A stretch of DNA of 64,000 nt from the human T2T-CHM13v2.0 reference genome, Homo sapiens: NCBI RefSeq assembly GCF_009914755.1, contig NC_060931.1; one strand, 5' to 3'. Below the pieces are notes generated by a model. The model was given only the letters and a program-made list of their open reading frames with translations. It did no database searches and was not told the DNA's origin. The position numbers and the translations under genes are program-made. Shown in pieces: positions 16,171 to 32,801 of this stretch; position 1 is the first letter of the stretch; each line of letters opens with the position of its first letter.

Positions 16171-16545
16171 TTTATTTTACTTTAAGTTCTGGGATGCATG
16201 CGCAGAACGTGCAGGTTTGTTACATAGGTATACATGTGCCATGGTGGTTTGCTGCACCCATCAGTCCATCATCTAGGTTTCAAGCCCTGCATGCATTAGG
16301 TATTTCTCCTAATGCTCTCCCTCCCCTTGTCCCCCACCCCCTGACAGGCCCCAGTGTGTGATGCTCCCCTCTCTGTGTCCGTGTGTTCTCATTGTTCAAC
16401 TCTCCCTTATGAGTGAGAACATGCGGTGTTTGGTTTTCTGTTCCTGCATTAGTTTGCTCAGAATGATGGTTTCCAGCTTCATCTGTGTCCTTGCAAGACA
16501 TGAGCTCATTTTTTTTATGGCTTCATAGTATTCCATGGTGTATAT
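16171..16545 (-). mobile_element. 5'-truncated L1PA 3' end
   Basis: ttttactttaagttctgggat...tgcagaacgtgcaggtttgttac; 14-bp TSD caagaactttttat at 16157-16170 and 16546-16559. Confidence 0.92.
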
Positions 16546-17257
16546 CAAGAACTTTTTATATATTAAACAAACCTTTTTTACATCACTTTGCAGGCATTTC
16601 TCTCAACTTTTGCTTCTCACTTTAATTCATTCATAATCTTTTTTGGCAAGTATAAATTTTACATTATATAGTCAAATCCATCAGTCTTTTCTTTTTGATA
16701 CCAAAGTCTTAAGAATGTGATTCATTATGCTTAGACTATACAAATATCGACAACTATTTTTATGAGTAAATGTTTCTTTCCAAAATAAATTCCAGACAGA
16801 GGAAATATTTTTATATAAAGTGTAAGAATTTTTTAACACAGAGACTCTGTCCCAAAGTATGGTTATCTCAATTTAATAGTAAGTCCTTTAACCACCGATA
16901 TGAAATTCACTGTTTTTATCTGCTGAATTATTTAATATTTGGAAACACTGAAGCTGAATCACATGATGACTGATTGGTTATAAAGAGGAGGCAGGAGTCA
17001 AAGAGGACCCCCAGGGTCCCTGCTCAGGTGACAAGATGGGTATTGGTGCTTCTCATTAAGAATGGGATATGCTAAGAATTAAGAATCACAGGTTTGGGAA
17101 GGCAATGGACTTCACTTTTTGGATTTGTCAAGTTCCAACATCCTATGGAAATTTACTGTGCCTTTAAAACTTAGGTGAGTTGTAACTTTAGCCATAAAGT
17201 TTTCCTTAAACTACTATGAGAAGCTTCTTTGTTTTTACAATTAGTGTCCTCAATACT

Positions 17258-17599
<342 letters not shown>

Positions 17600-17647
17600 T
17601 AATACTTCACTTTTTTAATTTACCTTGTTACCTTCTTTGTTGTAAAG

Positions 17648-18167
17648 CAGGGGTCCCCAACCCCCCAGGCCATAAACTGGTCCATGGCCTGTTAGGGACT
17701 AGGCCGCACAGCAGGAGGTGAGAGGCGGGTGAGGGAGCAAAACTTCGTCTGTATTTAGAGCCACTCCCCATTGCTCGCGTTACCACCTGAGCTCCATCTC
17801 CTGTCAGATCAGCAGTGGCATTAAATTCTTACAGAGGCATGAACCCTATTGTGAGCTGCACATGTGAGGAATCTAGGTTGCGCGCTCCTTATGAGAATCT
17901 AACGCCTATGATCTGTCACTGTGTCCCAGCACCCCCAGATGGGATCATCTAGTTGTAGACAAACAAGCTCAGGGCTCCCACTGATTCTACATTATGGTGA
18001 GTTGTAGAATTACTTCACTATGTATTACAATGTAATAATAATAGAAGTAAAGTGCACAATAAATGTAATGCTCTTGAATCATCCTGAAACCATCCCTCTG
18101 CTCTGTCCATGGAAAAATGGTCTTCCACCAAAGTTGTTCCTGGTGCCAAAAAGGTTGGGGACTGCTG
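17648..18167. mobile_element. MER1A-like hAT MITE
   Basis: TIRs caggggtccccaacc/ggttggggactgctg; TSD ttgtaaag/ttctaaag; ~520 bp. Confidence 0.87.
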
Positions 18168-21100
18168 TTCTAAAGCAATAGCATGGGGAGGAAAGAGAGG
18201 AATAAAATCCCAGCCCAAACTTTAGCTATGTGGTCTTGGCCAAGGCACTTAACTTTTCTGACCTTGTGTAAGTTGGGGTAATAGTAGCTTTCATTCAGGG
18301 TTTTCATTGTGAGGTTTAGAGGTAATACTTGCAAGGCACATAGTGCAAGTCCTAACAATATCATAAAGGGTACTGTTGAGTGTGCTCATGACATTATTTG
18401 ATTTGCTAACTCCAGTTCATTCATCGGTATTCAACTTGCATATCATCCACACTGGGAAACCATACTGAATTGCATTCATTTATCTGCCTATCTCTAAGTG
18501 GTAAGACACTTGATGGTAAGACCAATAGCTTGCTCTGTGCCATAATCCCAGGATCTAGCCCACAGCTAAATTACAGTAATTGCTGAATAGGTTAATTTCA
18601 ATTGCACATGTGCAGAGATTTTTTTCCCCACTTCTGGAATTGTTCTGGAAGCTTTTGCATTTCACATTGTACATATTTTGGCTTGAATGCTACAGTTATT
18701 TTGGTTTAGGTGTCAGAAATTGCCTATCTCCCATCACCATCATTTGAGTTTCTTGATGATTTGGACAGTTGTACATCTTGTCACTAATACTTCCCTGTAC
18801 GACAAGCATATCTGATCAACATCTTGTCTCGGTTGGTTGTATTCAAAGGTTGAAAGCAAGATGGCTGAAAACTTTTTGGAGTGGAAGGTTATACCCTCTG
18901 CACTTCCAAAAGGGATTTTGGAGAAGTCACACTGGCATTGTTTGCTTTTCTTCTTGGTTTATAATTGCAGAGATGGGAGAAGTCTTGTGTTTCCAAGAGA
19001 TAACATTCTTCCTGTGTCGCTGAGGCTCTGAGTGAAATAGCCGAGAGACAACTTGTTATCACACAGCTCCATGCTTGGCCAGGCTCTCTTTATTTGAACA
19101 TCACCTGCCTTCCCCCCTGCCTGTAAAGAGCCTTCCTAATCAGTAAGAATACTTGTTTTTGCCCCCAACCAGATCATAGCAATGTGACAGCATTTGCTAT
19201 GTGGGTCTGTAATCCTAACTAGGTTGTGCATTTACATTTCTCTTTGTGTTTTTTTAGGCCCCAGGGAGGAAAGAATGAGAGTGTGTATCTTTACACAAGC
19301 AATAGTGTGTGAAAACCCCAGCTAAAGCTTCAGCCACTAACTGGCTTTTAAAAACAAGAAGAACAACAACAAAACCCTTTTTAGTTCAAACTAATTATAG
19401 GTTCACAGAAAGTTGCAAAGATGAACAGGAAATTCCATGTAGCCTTCGCTCAGTTTCTCCCAGTGGTAACATCTTGCAAAACTCTAGGATACTGTCACAA
19501 CTAAGAAATTGGCTTTGGTACATTGGCTTTTTAGCCCAGATAATTGAGAAGTGTGGGAAGGTCAGGTGGTTTGGTATTAGCAGAGCTGATGTTCAGCTGG
19601 AATGTGCTACAGTGCCATTCCAGTCCACATCTGCTCTGATGTTATATAGCTCGATAGTCTCCGCTAGCTAGAAGAAACATGTTAGGTTCTGCAGCCCTTT
19701 TGGATGCTAATAAGAGCTGCTATTGATAGAACACTCGTATGATGCATTAGTAACTTAACGTGGACATTTCCTGTAAGCAGGCATGAGCATTTCGTTTGCG
19801 CATAGGATTCACACTGCCTTTGACCTTGGAAACTTCAGGGTCCTGAATACGGAGCACCCCAGAATGCTAGAGAAGGATGAACTGGCCGGATGCCTCACCT
19901 CAGTTATTCCACTCCCGGCTGCCAAACGCGTTTAAAGAAAACTCGAGGAAGAAGTGACCAAGCACCAGCGTGTAACCCTGTTCTCCCCAGGGCTTTACAT
20001 TTCTTGTGTTCTGTTTTGCTCTCTCTTTAATGACTGTGACTTTGGCTATTTCAAGGAAGAGATTCGCCAGCTTCTGAGCATTTGGAATCAATATCACCGT
20101 AAATAAGAACATAATGAAAGAAAAACACAGCCCAGCCTGTAGACAAATTTGATTGCTGAAATTCACGTGTTATTATTAGAATCAGCTGCAAATGCCAGAC
20201 TTTCAAATGCCTTTGATGGGGTAAGGTAGGGGAATGCTCTTTTAAATTGGGGAGACAACTTGGAGCTCTCACCTGGATAGCCTATAGCTTATGCGTACTA
20301 TGATGTTTCCTTGTAGGTTTGGGCTACTCGTATTTATTTTCTAAAAGGTAAAATGTAAATGGAAGAAGCAGTAGAGATGAATTTCTCAACAAAGGAATTG
20401 GAAGCTGAGATGGCTTTCCTTTACAAAGTGCCCCTCATGAATGCACAACTCAGTGTGATATATTTGGTTTAACACTTTGGTATTTTGCACCTCACATCTC
20501 TTTGCTTTTCTTTTCGTCTTTTGCTTTCTTTTGTCCTTTTTGTCCTTGCTTTGATCTCACTATGGAATCGCCCTCAAAATGCTTTCATACACAGCAAAAG
20601 CTTCCCTCTTTAATCTCTCTCATTCTTCCTGAAGTTTCTCACTCTTGCCTCATTTTTGCTCCAGCCCATAGTCAGCAAGTGCATTATTTAAGTCTGCAAA
20701 GCTGAGAGATGCTCAGAGAATAAAATATGCAATGCAGCCACCTCCTGGGTTATTTCATCTTGCAGTTTTAGATGCTTGGTTCCTCACCATGGCTATTCTT
20801 CAAGCCCAGGATTTCAGAGACAGATGGGCCCATGCCATAGTGGCAAGGCTGGGGTGGGGTGTGTGTGTATCACCATATATGTGGCTCCTGTATCCCTGAG
20901 GCTTCTTCAGAGCTTCATTGTATTGTTTAGAAGAGTTGGAGGCCCAAAAGATTCCCTGGATGCCCACTCTTTTGAAACCTCTTAATCAGCCCTTAGGCCT
21001 CTTCTCTGCGGAGCACTGACCATAGTCAGCAGAAGGCAGCCTAGAAAAAGGAGGCGCCTGCCTCAAGTCCAGAGCCTGCTGCTCCCATCCTGCAGCCTGG

Positions 21101-21410
21101 CCAACTTTCCACTCATGGTTACAGCCCTAATCCTTTATCTTCACTCTCTGAAACTGGTGCTGATGGCTGCAGATTCAGAAGAAAATGGGATCATCATACT
21201 GGTGCTTTGCACTCACATTTGGTCCTCATGCAACCCTGTGCAGTGGAATAATGTTGTACACACTGATAATTAGTCTGTAATCAGAAGTGTGGGTGCTTCC
21301 AAGCTACTTGAGGGAGCCAGCTCTCAGGACAAGCCCAGGCCAGGCCACAGCAGCTTTGTATTAGCAGACAAATGACTTGAGATTTCACAACATCACATTC
21401 ACAGGAATCA

Positions 21411-22068
<658 letters not shown>

Positions 22069-23644
22069 CACGCTCTGTGCTTCCGTTTTCTCATCTGTAA
22101 AGTGGGGTCGATCGTGCCTTTACCTCACAGAGTCTTTAAGAGGTATGAAGGAATTGCTGTAGGCCAACAGCATGTGGCTCTTAATAAGGACCCAGTAAGT
22201 ATGAAGACAAATGTTGTGGAATGTTACGAGTTTCCAAGACAGCCCATTCACTGGTTAAATTACCAAAGGAGATCTAATTTGGCTGACTAGTGTTCTGGAG
22301 TGTTTCCTGATTAGCTGACATTTTTAGTGAGCTTGGTTAGCAATTTGGGGATATAAATATTTCATTATAGACACAGACAAGCATAGTATTTGAAATGTTT
22401 GAAAAATAGTGATTGTCAGCAGAAAAGGAACTCTGGCATTGGTGGAATCTGCCTCCCCAGTTGGTATTCTCACTGAGAAACTAACAAAGCTTCCGCATTG
22501 GGCCCCTTACTTGCACGGGTGCCCTTCGAGGTCATCTGATGGCCCCTTGTTGTGTGTTTACATGTCATGCATTTTTGGAGAACTTACAACAGTAAGCTTT
22601 TAAAATGTTTCTCAAAGAGAATGCCTCAAATTGTGTAAATTTCAGGTCCCACAAAACCCAGGTTCATTTCTGGGATTTGCTATCTCCATTGGACAGATAA
22701 GAAACCCCCTAGGTTGCATGAGCAGAATATGCAACCGAGTTTCTCCCCGCGCCACCATCTTTTCGTTCATTTTTAAAGATAATATTTTAAAACTTTGTCT
22801 AATAATATTTTTAAAATATTTTAAAATAGTCTTTGTAGGGCTGCTTTTATACATTTAGCTGATTGGTTATTTCAGGCATAAAGGTATTCTCAGGCGCACC
22901 TGTATTTCCAGGTGGTTTTTTTTTTTTTGAGATCGCATCTTACTCTGTCACCCAGGCTGGAGTGCAGTGGTGCAATCACCGCTCACTGCAACCTCTACCT
23001 CAAGCTGGGCTCCCACTTCAGCTTCCCAAGTAGCTGATACCCAAGTGTTTTCAGTCTGTGTTTTATGTTCTTTCTAGGGCATCAAAGCTAATTCTTACAT
23101 ATATAAAATATTGAAATCTCTCTGAAAAAAAGAAAAAAAGAGATGATGCAGAAATGTCAAGTGTCCTGACTAATGTCTGTGCCAAACTCTGCGTTGAAGA
23201 CCATTTTTTCACTGTGATCTCTGTCATAAATCCCTAAGCACAGAGAACTGGAAGTTTCCATTGGGGTGGAGAGAAAGGCCGGCATCTGGGAGGGCCCAGG
23301 GTATGGTCACCATGCAGGGGCTGGATTCTCTCCACATCCAGTCTTGAAGAGCTCAGGAACTCAAGTCCCATCAGGATGAGGAGTCTTATCTAAGTGTCTC
23401 ACCAAATGCTTCCAGACAGAGGTAGACTTGGAAACCCATGGAACAAGCTAGGAGCAGAGATGTGCCCAGGGAGAAGGTGGCCTAGGAGGAACCCAGGGGA
23501 GGGGCAGGCCAGCTGACCAGACTGGGCTTTAGGAGCAAGCCTGCAGTCCATCAATTACCAGCATGGGGGTTGGAAGAACCCCCTGGCCACAGAATATGAA
23601 TCAGACCTTCAGCAAGGTCAAGGGTTTTAAATTCACACACACGG

Positions 23645-23940
23645 TCCAGGCATGGTGGCTCATTCGTGTAATCCCAGCACTTTGGGAGGCTAAGGCAGGA
23701 GCATCACTTGAGCCCAGAGTTCAAGACCAGCCTCAGCAACATGGTAAAACCCTGTCTCTTCAAAAAATAAATAAAATTAGCCGGACATGGTGGTGCATCC
23801 TTGTAGTCCCAGCTACTCAGGAAGCTGAGGCAGGAGGATCACTTGAGCCCAGGAGTTGGAAGCTGCAGTGAGCTATGATCCGGCCACTGCTTTCCAGCCT
23901 GGGTAACAGAATGAGACCCTCTCTCAAAACAAAACAAAAT
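23645..23940 (+). mobile_element. Alu (J-like)
   Basis: Diverged sense dimer. Confidence 0.9.
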
Positions 23941-23984
23941 TACACACAACATAAAATCACCTCTTCTGCACCGTCAAAATTAAC

Positions 23985-24245
23985 AGACATAAAAGACCAC
24001 ATATTTTACGACTCCATTTTCATGAACCATGTGTATTAGGCAAATTTATAGGGGCAGAAAGCATGTTAGTGGTCACCAGGGGTTGGGAAAGGGGAGATGG
24101 GGAGCAGCTGCTCAATGGGTATGGGGTTTATGTTTGGGGTGATGAAAAAGTTCTAGATAGTGGTGATAGTTGCACAACATTGCGAATGTACTCAATGCCA
24201 GTGAATTGTATATTGTAAAATGGTCAAAACATTTTAAACATGGTA
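23985..24245 (+). mobile_element. L1M 3' end fragment
   Basis: ttagtggtcaccaggggttggg...gatgaaaaagttctagatagtggtgatagttgcacaacattg. Confidence 0.7.
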
Positions 24246-24759
24246 AAAACAATGAAAAAAGTGAACCAGTGCTTTTGAGATGTTTGGGGTTTGCGTGAGA
24301 ACGACCTGGGGGTGCTGGCCAGTTCCACTAAGGCCCACTGAATTAGGGATACCGAGAAAGGAGCCTCGGAACCTGCATTTTCATAAGGTCCCCAGTGATT
24401 CTCACTCTGGGAATACTGGCAGGCATTTTCATTCTATTTTGTTTCTTAATTGGAACGTGCCATATGTGCTATGTTCTCGTCCCCAGCTGTCACAACCCAT
24501 GCATTCACAGTGAGCAGCATGCCCAAACCTCAGCAGCTGCTGGCGGGGAGAGGTGTTGGTGATAAGCGTGGCAGTGGTGGCAATGGGAGTTGATGGTGTC
24601 AGAAGGAGTGTTGATAGAATTGTGGCAGTAGTAGCAGTGGTAGCAGGAACAGGGAATGAAAGCAGAAGGCAGGACCATATGGGATCCTTGTCCAGGGACT
24701 GACCTAATTGTGAGATTGCCCCACGCAGAGGTGGCCAGCCATCAGGATCCCAGTATTGG

Positions 24760-25045
24760 AGCCAAGCTTGGTGGCTCACATCCATAATTCCAGAGCTTTG
24801 AGAGGCCAAAGTGGGGAGCGGGGGAGGGATTGCTTGACGCCAGGAGTTTGAAACCAGCCCGGGTAACATAGCGAGACCTCATCTATACAAAATAAAATAA
24901 ATTAGTTGGGCATGGTGGTGTGTGCAGGTAGTTCCAGGTACTCAGGAGGCTGAGGCAGGAGGATCGCTTGAGCTCAGGAGGTCGAGGCTGTAGTGAGCCG
25001 TGATTGCACCACTTCACTCCAGCCTGGGCAACAAGGCCAGACCCT
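24760..25045 (+). mobile_element. Alu (J-like)
   Basis: Diverged dimer whose tail runs into a microsatellite. Confidence 0.88.
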
Positions 25046-25192
25046 GTCTCTGTCTCTGTCTCTGTATATGTGTGTGTGTATGTATGTATGTATGTATGTA
25101 TGTATTTATATGTATTTTATATATATATACTGTATATGTGTACATGTGTATATATACATATATATACACACATACATATATATGCACATACA

Positions 25193-25226
<34 letters not shown>
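25045..25226. repeat. Compound (TCTCTG)/(TG)/(TATG)/(TA)/(CA) microsatellite
   Basis: Directly visible. Confidence 0.95.
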
Positions 25227-25227
<1 letters not shown>

Positions 25228-25862
25228 TTAAATATATCTATATTTTAAAAGATTCCAGTTTTGGAAATGGCATGCCAAACCCTCACCATGTAGGCCAAAG
25301 TCACTTCCAAGGGGTTCAGTTTTTTAGATGAGGCAGGACAAGTAGGTCGTAGGCAGTGGGGAAAGTGGAGATGGACAGGGCAACACTGGGATTCTGGAAT
25401 GTCAGCTCAGTTGGAGTAAGCTCTGGCCCACACTCAGGGTCTAATTCATCCCAGATGGAGTTAGGCAGGGGGGTAAATGCTAAGCCAGAGCCACCCAATA
25501 TGCACTTAGCAGACCAGTTGATGCAGCAGCTCCCCATTTGAAGCTTGTAAGAAATACAAGTTCTTGGGCCACCTCAGACTTACTGGTGATTCGGATGCAG
25601 GTTAAAGGTAGAGGAACACTCACTCATCTAAGCTTAGACAGATTCTCCTGAATCTCCATACTCTGAAGGGCAATTGAAATATTCAGTAAGTCTCATCATC
25701 AAGGCTTAACAACTGTGTGAGGGTTGAGAGGTCAGGTTGCCCACCATTGTGGATGTGCAGACTTGGCCAAGTCCTGGACTGGGTGGCCACTTCCCAAGTA
25801 CACATAAAAATCCCAAGCACTGACACTTTTGCATTGGTTCTGGAAGCAGGTGGAGCTGAGTC

Positions 25863-26755
<893 letters not shown>

Positions 26756-27283
26756 AGTCTACTAGGTCAATACTTGCTCCTGAGCAGGGCTCTGAGCCCA
26801 GGGATGGTACCGATAGTTTATTCTGTCATATCACTGAAAGTGCGGGATTGAGACAGAATTCTGTAATGTTCTTTGCTTTAGTTCTTACCGTTTTGTAGCT
26901 TTCTTTTTGCCAATTTATGCTCCATGAGCCTGGATGACATGTGTTTGTTTTATTGTTAAGGAGCAGGTATGCATACCTCCCTCTCCAGTCCTTCCTGATC
27001 ACAGGCAGTGTTCGCTTCTCCCCCTCAACCTCCTCAAATGCTGTTTATCAAAATCTTAAAAAACACAATGGTTCCCAAATGGCACTTGGCCAATTTTGTA
27101 TTGGATTTTATAACATTTATTTTTGTCGAAATGAGTTTCTGCATTTATTTTTGCAGAAATGAGTTTCTGTTTTCTTCTCTGAGTTTTTTGTGAGGAAAAA
27201 AGAAAGTAAGATGTTTTTCTTAGTGTTCTTATAATGTCCTAGAATGGTTTCATCTGTTAAGGATGATAAAGGATCTTAGGTGA

Positions 27284-27592
<309 letters not shown>

Positions 27593-28111
27593 AGGGGGTG
27601 ACTTTCTAACCAGTGTCAGGTTGGGGATTTGTGTGCTTCCATGGGAGCCTGGGGGCCTTGTTTTACTTGGCTAATTTATAGACTCATTCACTTTAAGGTG
27701 AATTTGGGCTCTTGCACCCCACCTCTTCTTCGGTTTCTCTCCGTTTTCAAATCTCAACACCCTAATGCTCTTAGGCTGTCTCAGATGTGTTCCACCAGAG
27801 CCAGGCTTCCTGGAAGTCCCTCTTGAGATGTCCCACTCATCCAGTTCTCCTTGTATTGACCCTGCCCCTGCAGGAGACAGCTGCATCTGCAGGGATTTCT
27901 TTTTTCTCACTGGTACTATCAGGGGCCTTCTGTTTGTCTTGATCAACGGACCATTCTCAGCTTGCATTTTCTCTAATGCATTTGACTTTCCTGACCCTGG
28001 AGGTTGAGCAGCTTTTGGAGGACAGGGACTCTGAACCTTCTCACCCACAGAGGCTCCTTTAAATATTTATAAAATGAATGCACATATCCTTCTTCCAGAA
28101 ACTCTGCCAAA

Positions 28112-28168
28112 CACTTCACAGGATAATGCTTCGGAACTGGTGTCATAGGAGCATTATCCTGTAAAGTG
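28112..28168. repeat. Short inverted repeat (21-bp stem, 15-nt loop)
   Basis: cacttcacaggataatgcttc / ggagcattatcctgtaaagtg, 19/21 complementary. Confidence 0.85.
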
Positions 28169-28932
28169 CTGGACTCTGTTTCAACACCTGCAGATGATGC
28201 TCTTGGGCTCTCAGGTTTGAGAACTTCATTTCCTCCTTGGAGTCCCGTCTGTACCGCCTTGAGTATGGCTTCTCCAGCCCTTCTTCCTTCTACATTCTCT
28301 ATCCAGCCCTGTACAAAATAAAAGACATTAGCTGGGCATGGTGGTGCACGCCTTTAGTTCCAGCTGCTCGGGAGGCTGAGGCAGGAGGATTGCTTGAGCC
28401 CGGGAGGTCGAGGCTGCAGTGAGCCATGATTGCTCACTAGCCCTCCTTCCTGCCTCCTAAATACATGTGTTCCACAACGTGTGGTTCTAAGTCTTCTTCC
28501 CTGCATTTCCTGGAACTGTCACCTTCTCTCCTAGGCCATCATCTCCCTTTTTTTTTTTTTGAGACGGAGTCTCGCTCTGTTGCTGAGGCTTGAGAGCAGT
28601 GGAGCAATCTCGGCTCACTGCAACTTCCGCCCCACCAGGATCATGCGATTCTCCTGCCTCAGCCCCGCTGAGAGGCTGGGATTACATATGCCCGCCACCA
28701 CACCCGGCTAGTTTTTGTATTTTTAATAGAGACGGGGTTTCTCCATGTTAGGACATCATCTCTTATCACTCAGTGCCTGACACCTCTGCCCTGTTTTCTC
28801 ACCTCCAGACCATTGTCGTGGTTCAGCTGCCTACCCCAGAATGTCCTCTGGCCCCCTCAACCTGTCCTCAGAGAAACTCATCAACTTGTTCTTCTCTTCT
28901 CTTCTTTTTCTCTTTTTAAATCAATCTTATCT

Positions 28933-29297
<365 letters not shown>

Positions 29298-29484
29298 TCA
29301 TCTAAGTAGATCCAATTTTTCACTTAGGTGTTTTTTGGTGTGGTATTTTAGAATAGTGAGAGCTCACGTCCAGATCTGCTGCATAACTTAAACAACTTTT
29401 TCCGTTAATGCTCCCAGCCAAAACAGTTTCTCTGTCTGTGACTCCTCACAGCACTCTTCCTCCGTGACCATTTTTTTTGGGTGA

Positions 29485-29829
<345 letters not shown>

Positions 29830-30110
29830 TAAACGTATCTCATCTCCTTAACTCGATTGTAAGCATCTTGAGGGAGCACTTGTGTCTGAATTGTCTTTGA
29901 GCACAGGCCAGAGCACAACTCAGTATCTTATAAAGTCCAGAATCACACTGCAGGGACTGGGAAGGAAGCCTGCTCAGTGTCACTTGTTCTTAAACCCTGA
30001 TCATTGGAGGTGGCATCTACCTTGATGTTTCCATACACTGTTCCAAACAACAGTGTAAGAGTGAGAATGGTGTCTACTGCTATACAGTAGGCCCTAGACT
30101 TTATAAATCA

Positions 30111-30427
<317 letters not shown>

Positions 30428-30428
30428 T

Positions 30429-30621
30429 GATATTGGCTAGTTAGAAAGACAATCTGTTGTTCATAGGAAGTTATGTAATTGATCAACATTAATAATTATG
30501 ATAAACCAATTATTATTAGATTTACCATTTATTGAATGCATATTGAGTGCTTTCTATATAGCTTTTCCTTTAGTTGTAGCAGCCATAAGGCTAGTACCAA
30601 ATGATTAGGCCTTATCCTTTT
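30429..30621. repeat. Non-Alu segment duplicated at 43097-43615
   Basis: gatattggctagttagaaagacaa, accaattattattagatttacc and ctagtaccaaatgatt blocks shared in the same order. Confidence 0.9.
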
Positions 30622-32048
30622 ACTCCTTTAATACCTCCCAAAGCTCTTTAGATGTGAGAAGGCCAGTGGTAATGACCCACACTTTCTTTTGCCAACCTTG
30701 CCAATCCCTACCCATATATCTTCCCTGAAATCTCGCAACTTCTTAACAAATGAGGAACTCATTTGATACCCGGATGTGGTGAGTGATGTAGCCAGGAGCT
30801 GACATCCTGTTCCTGGGAAGAGCCACGACTAAGTTGCAGGTCACGTGGCAGCTAAGAGGTAACAGTGCCTCCAGAACTCCTGGCATGGTGCCCAGCGCTC
30901 AGCATTCAGAATATTCTCCCTGAACTTACAGAGATTCCTGCAGTCACAAGCCAACCCTGGTCAGCAGGCGGGATTCCCCTTGTAGCATTCCATGACCTGT
31001 GGCCTTTAGTGACATGTCCCTGAGTCCCCCAGCACCCATGCAGGACATGTACCTGGAGTGCAAGTATCTAAGAATCCCCTCCCTGTTAGCCCCTCCTTTT
31101 CCTCCCTATACCTGGTGATTTTTATGCACACAAAGTATCACTCTTTTTTTTTTTAAATGCCTTTATTTTTATTTATTCTTAAAATTAGACACCAGGTCTT
31201 TCTCTGTTGCCCAGAATGGAGTGCAGTAGTGTAACTATAGCTCACTGCAGCCTCCTGAGTTCAAGTGATTCTTCTGCTTTGGCCTCCCGAGTAGCCGGAA
31301 GTACAGGTGCACAACACTGCACTCAGCCAAGTATCAGTCTTTATGTCTATAGAGTTAGATTCAGTTGAGTTGTGTTTCAGCTCTCCTGTTAGCCCATATG
31401 TGACCTTGGAACAGGTTAGCCTCCCTAAGATTATGTCTTCATTTGCAAAATAGAATTAATTTAGTTAATTAATGAAATTAATCTAGCAACCTCCTAGGGT
31501 TTCTGCAAGGATAAAATTAGCTCATAGAAATGAAGCACTTTGCCACCTGCTTGTTGCAGAAGGGAGGGTATTCAATCCCTGGTAGCATTAGTTCTGCCTC
31601 CAAGGTAGCATTTCTACTACTGAGCAAAGACTTACATTGCATCCCAAGGCACGTACTGTAAGAACGAGTCTGTGTGCAGATGGAAAAGCCCATATAGAAT
31701 TTGATAAACCGGACAAGGATTCTGGCCAAGTTTGGAGGAAGGGCCACTAAGAAAAGGAATCTTGAAGGACGTCTGCCGGCTCATAGCAGCCGGGATATAA
31801 AAGCCAGGCCTGGTTCCCATCCCGCTGTACGGATTGCAAACTGTCAGAAGATAGCTGTCCTGGGTGAATGCATCAGAGATGTCTTCTGACTCCTAGACTG
31901 ATGAGATTTTCTTTTCTGCCAGAATTACTAACATGCGATTTTTTTTGAGATCTTTGAACTCCCTGAAGATCTGTGGGCATTGCAGTGGGTTAGATGCAAA
32001 TTTGAAATGACATGTTTATAGACCTTCTTGCATTTTTGTCGTTTGCAG

Positions 32049-32223
32049 AGGAGCTGAAGGTCCCCCTAGAGGAGTATGTCCACAAACGCTACCCCGGGCT
32101 GGTGAAGGTGGTAAGAAATCAGAAGAGGGAAGGCCTGATCCGCGCTCGCATTGAGGGCTGGAAGGTGGCTACCGGGCAGGTCACTGGCTTCTTTGATGCC
32201 CACGTGGAATTCACCGCTGGCTG
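32049..32223 (+). CDS. GALNT17: GALNT17 internal coding exon (probably exon 4; 175 nt) with DxH motif
   Basis: tttgcag|AG acceptor; (E)[57 protein letters not shown](W); donor TG|gtaggt; REGLIRAR and DAH are ppGalNAc-T hallmarks. Confidence 0.96.
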
Positions 32224-32489
32224 GTAGGTCATGAGCTGAAACTCAGGGGTGCTCAAGACCTGCATTGTGGTTGAGAGGGGCTGGAATCTGGGAGGTGGGA
32301 CATTTCACCTGTTACCTGTAGTGGCACTGGGAGACTAGAGAGAGACTCGTCAAAGAAGAAAGTGAGACCATTGTCTGGGATAAAGCTAGGGAGCAGGGAG
32401 AAATTTGTCTGCCGTCTGTTCAGTTCACCATCATTGGCATCATCGTCATCATCATCGTCATCAAAATCCCCAGTGAAAATGTTTTATCA

Positions 32490-32801
<312 letters not shown>

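Noticed and set aside
19205-19260. Strong-looking acceptor (cctaac branch point, pyrimidine tract, tag) as a cryptic exon
   Set aside because: No convincing paired donor or GALNT-like frame; such sites are common in long introns.
22775-22830. AT-rich palindromic run (ttttaaaatattttaaaa)
   Set aside because: Low complexity and far shorter than known palindromic AT-rich breakpoint repeats.
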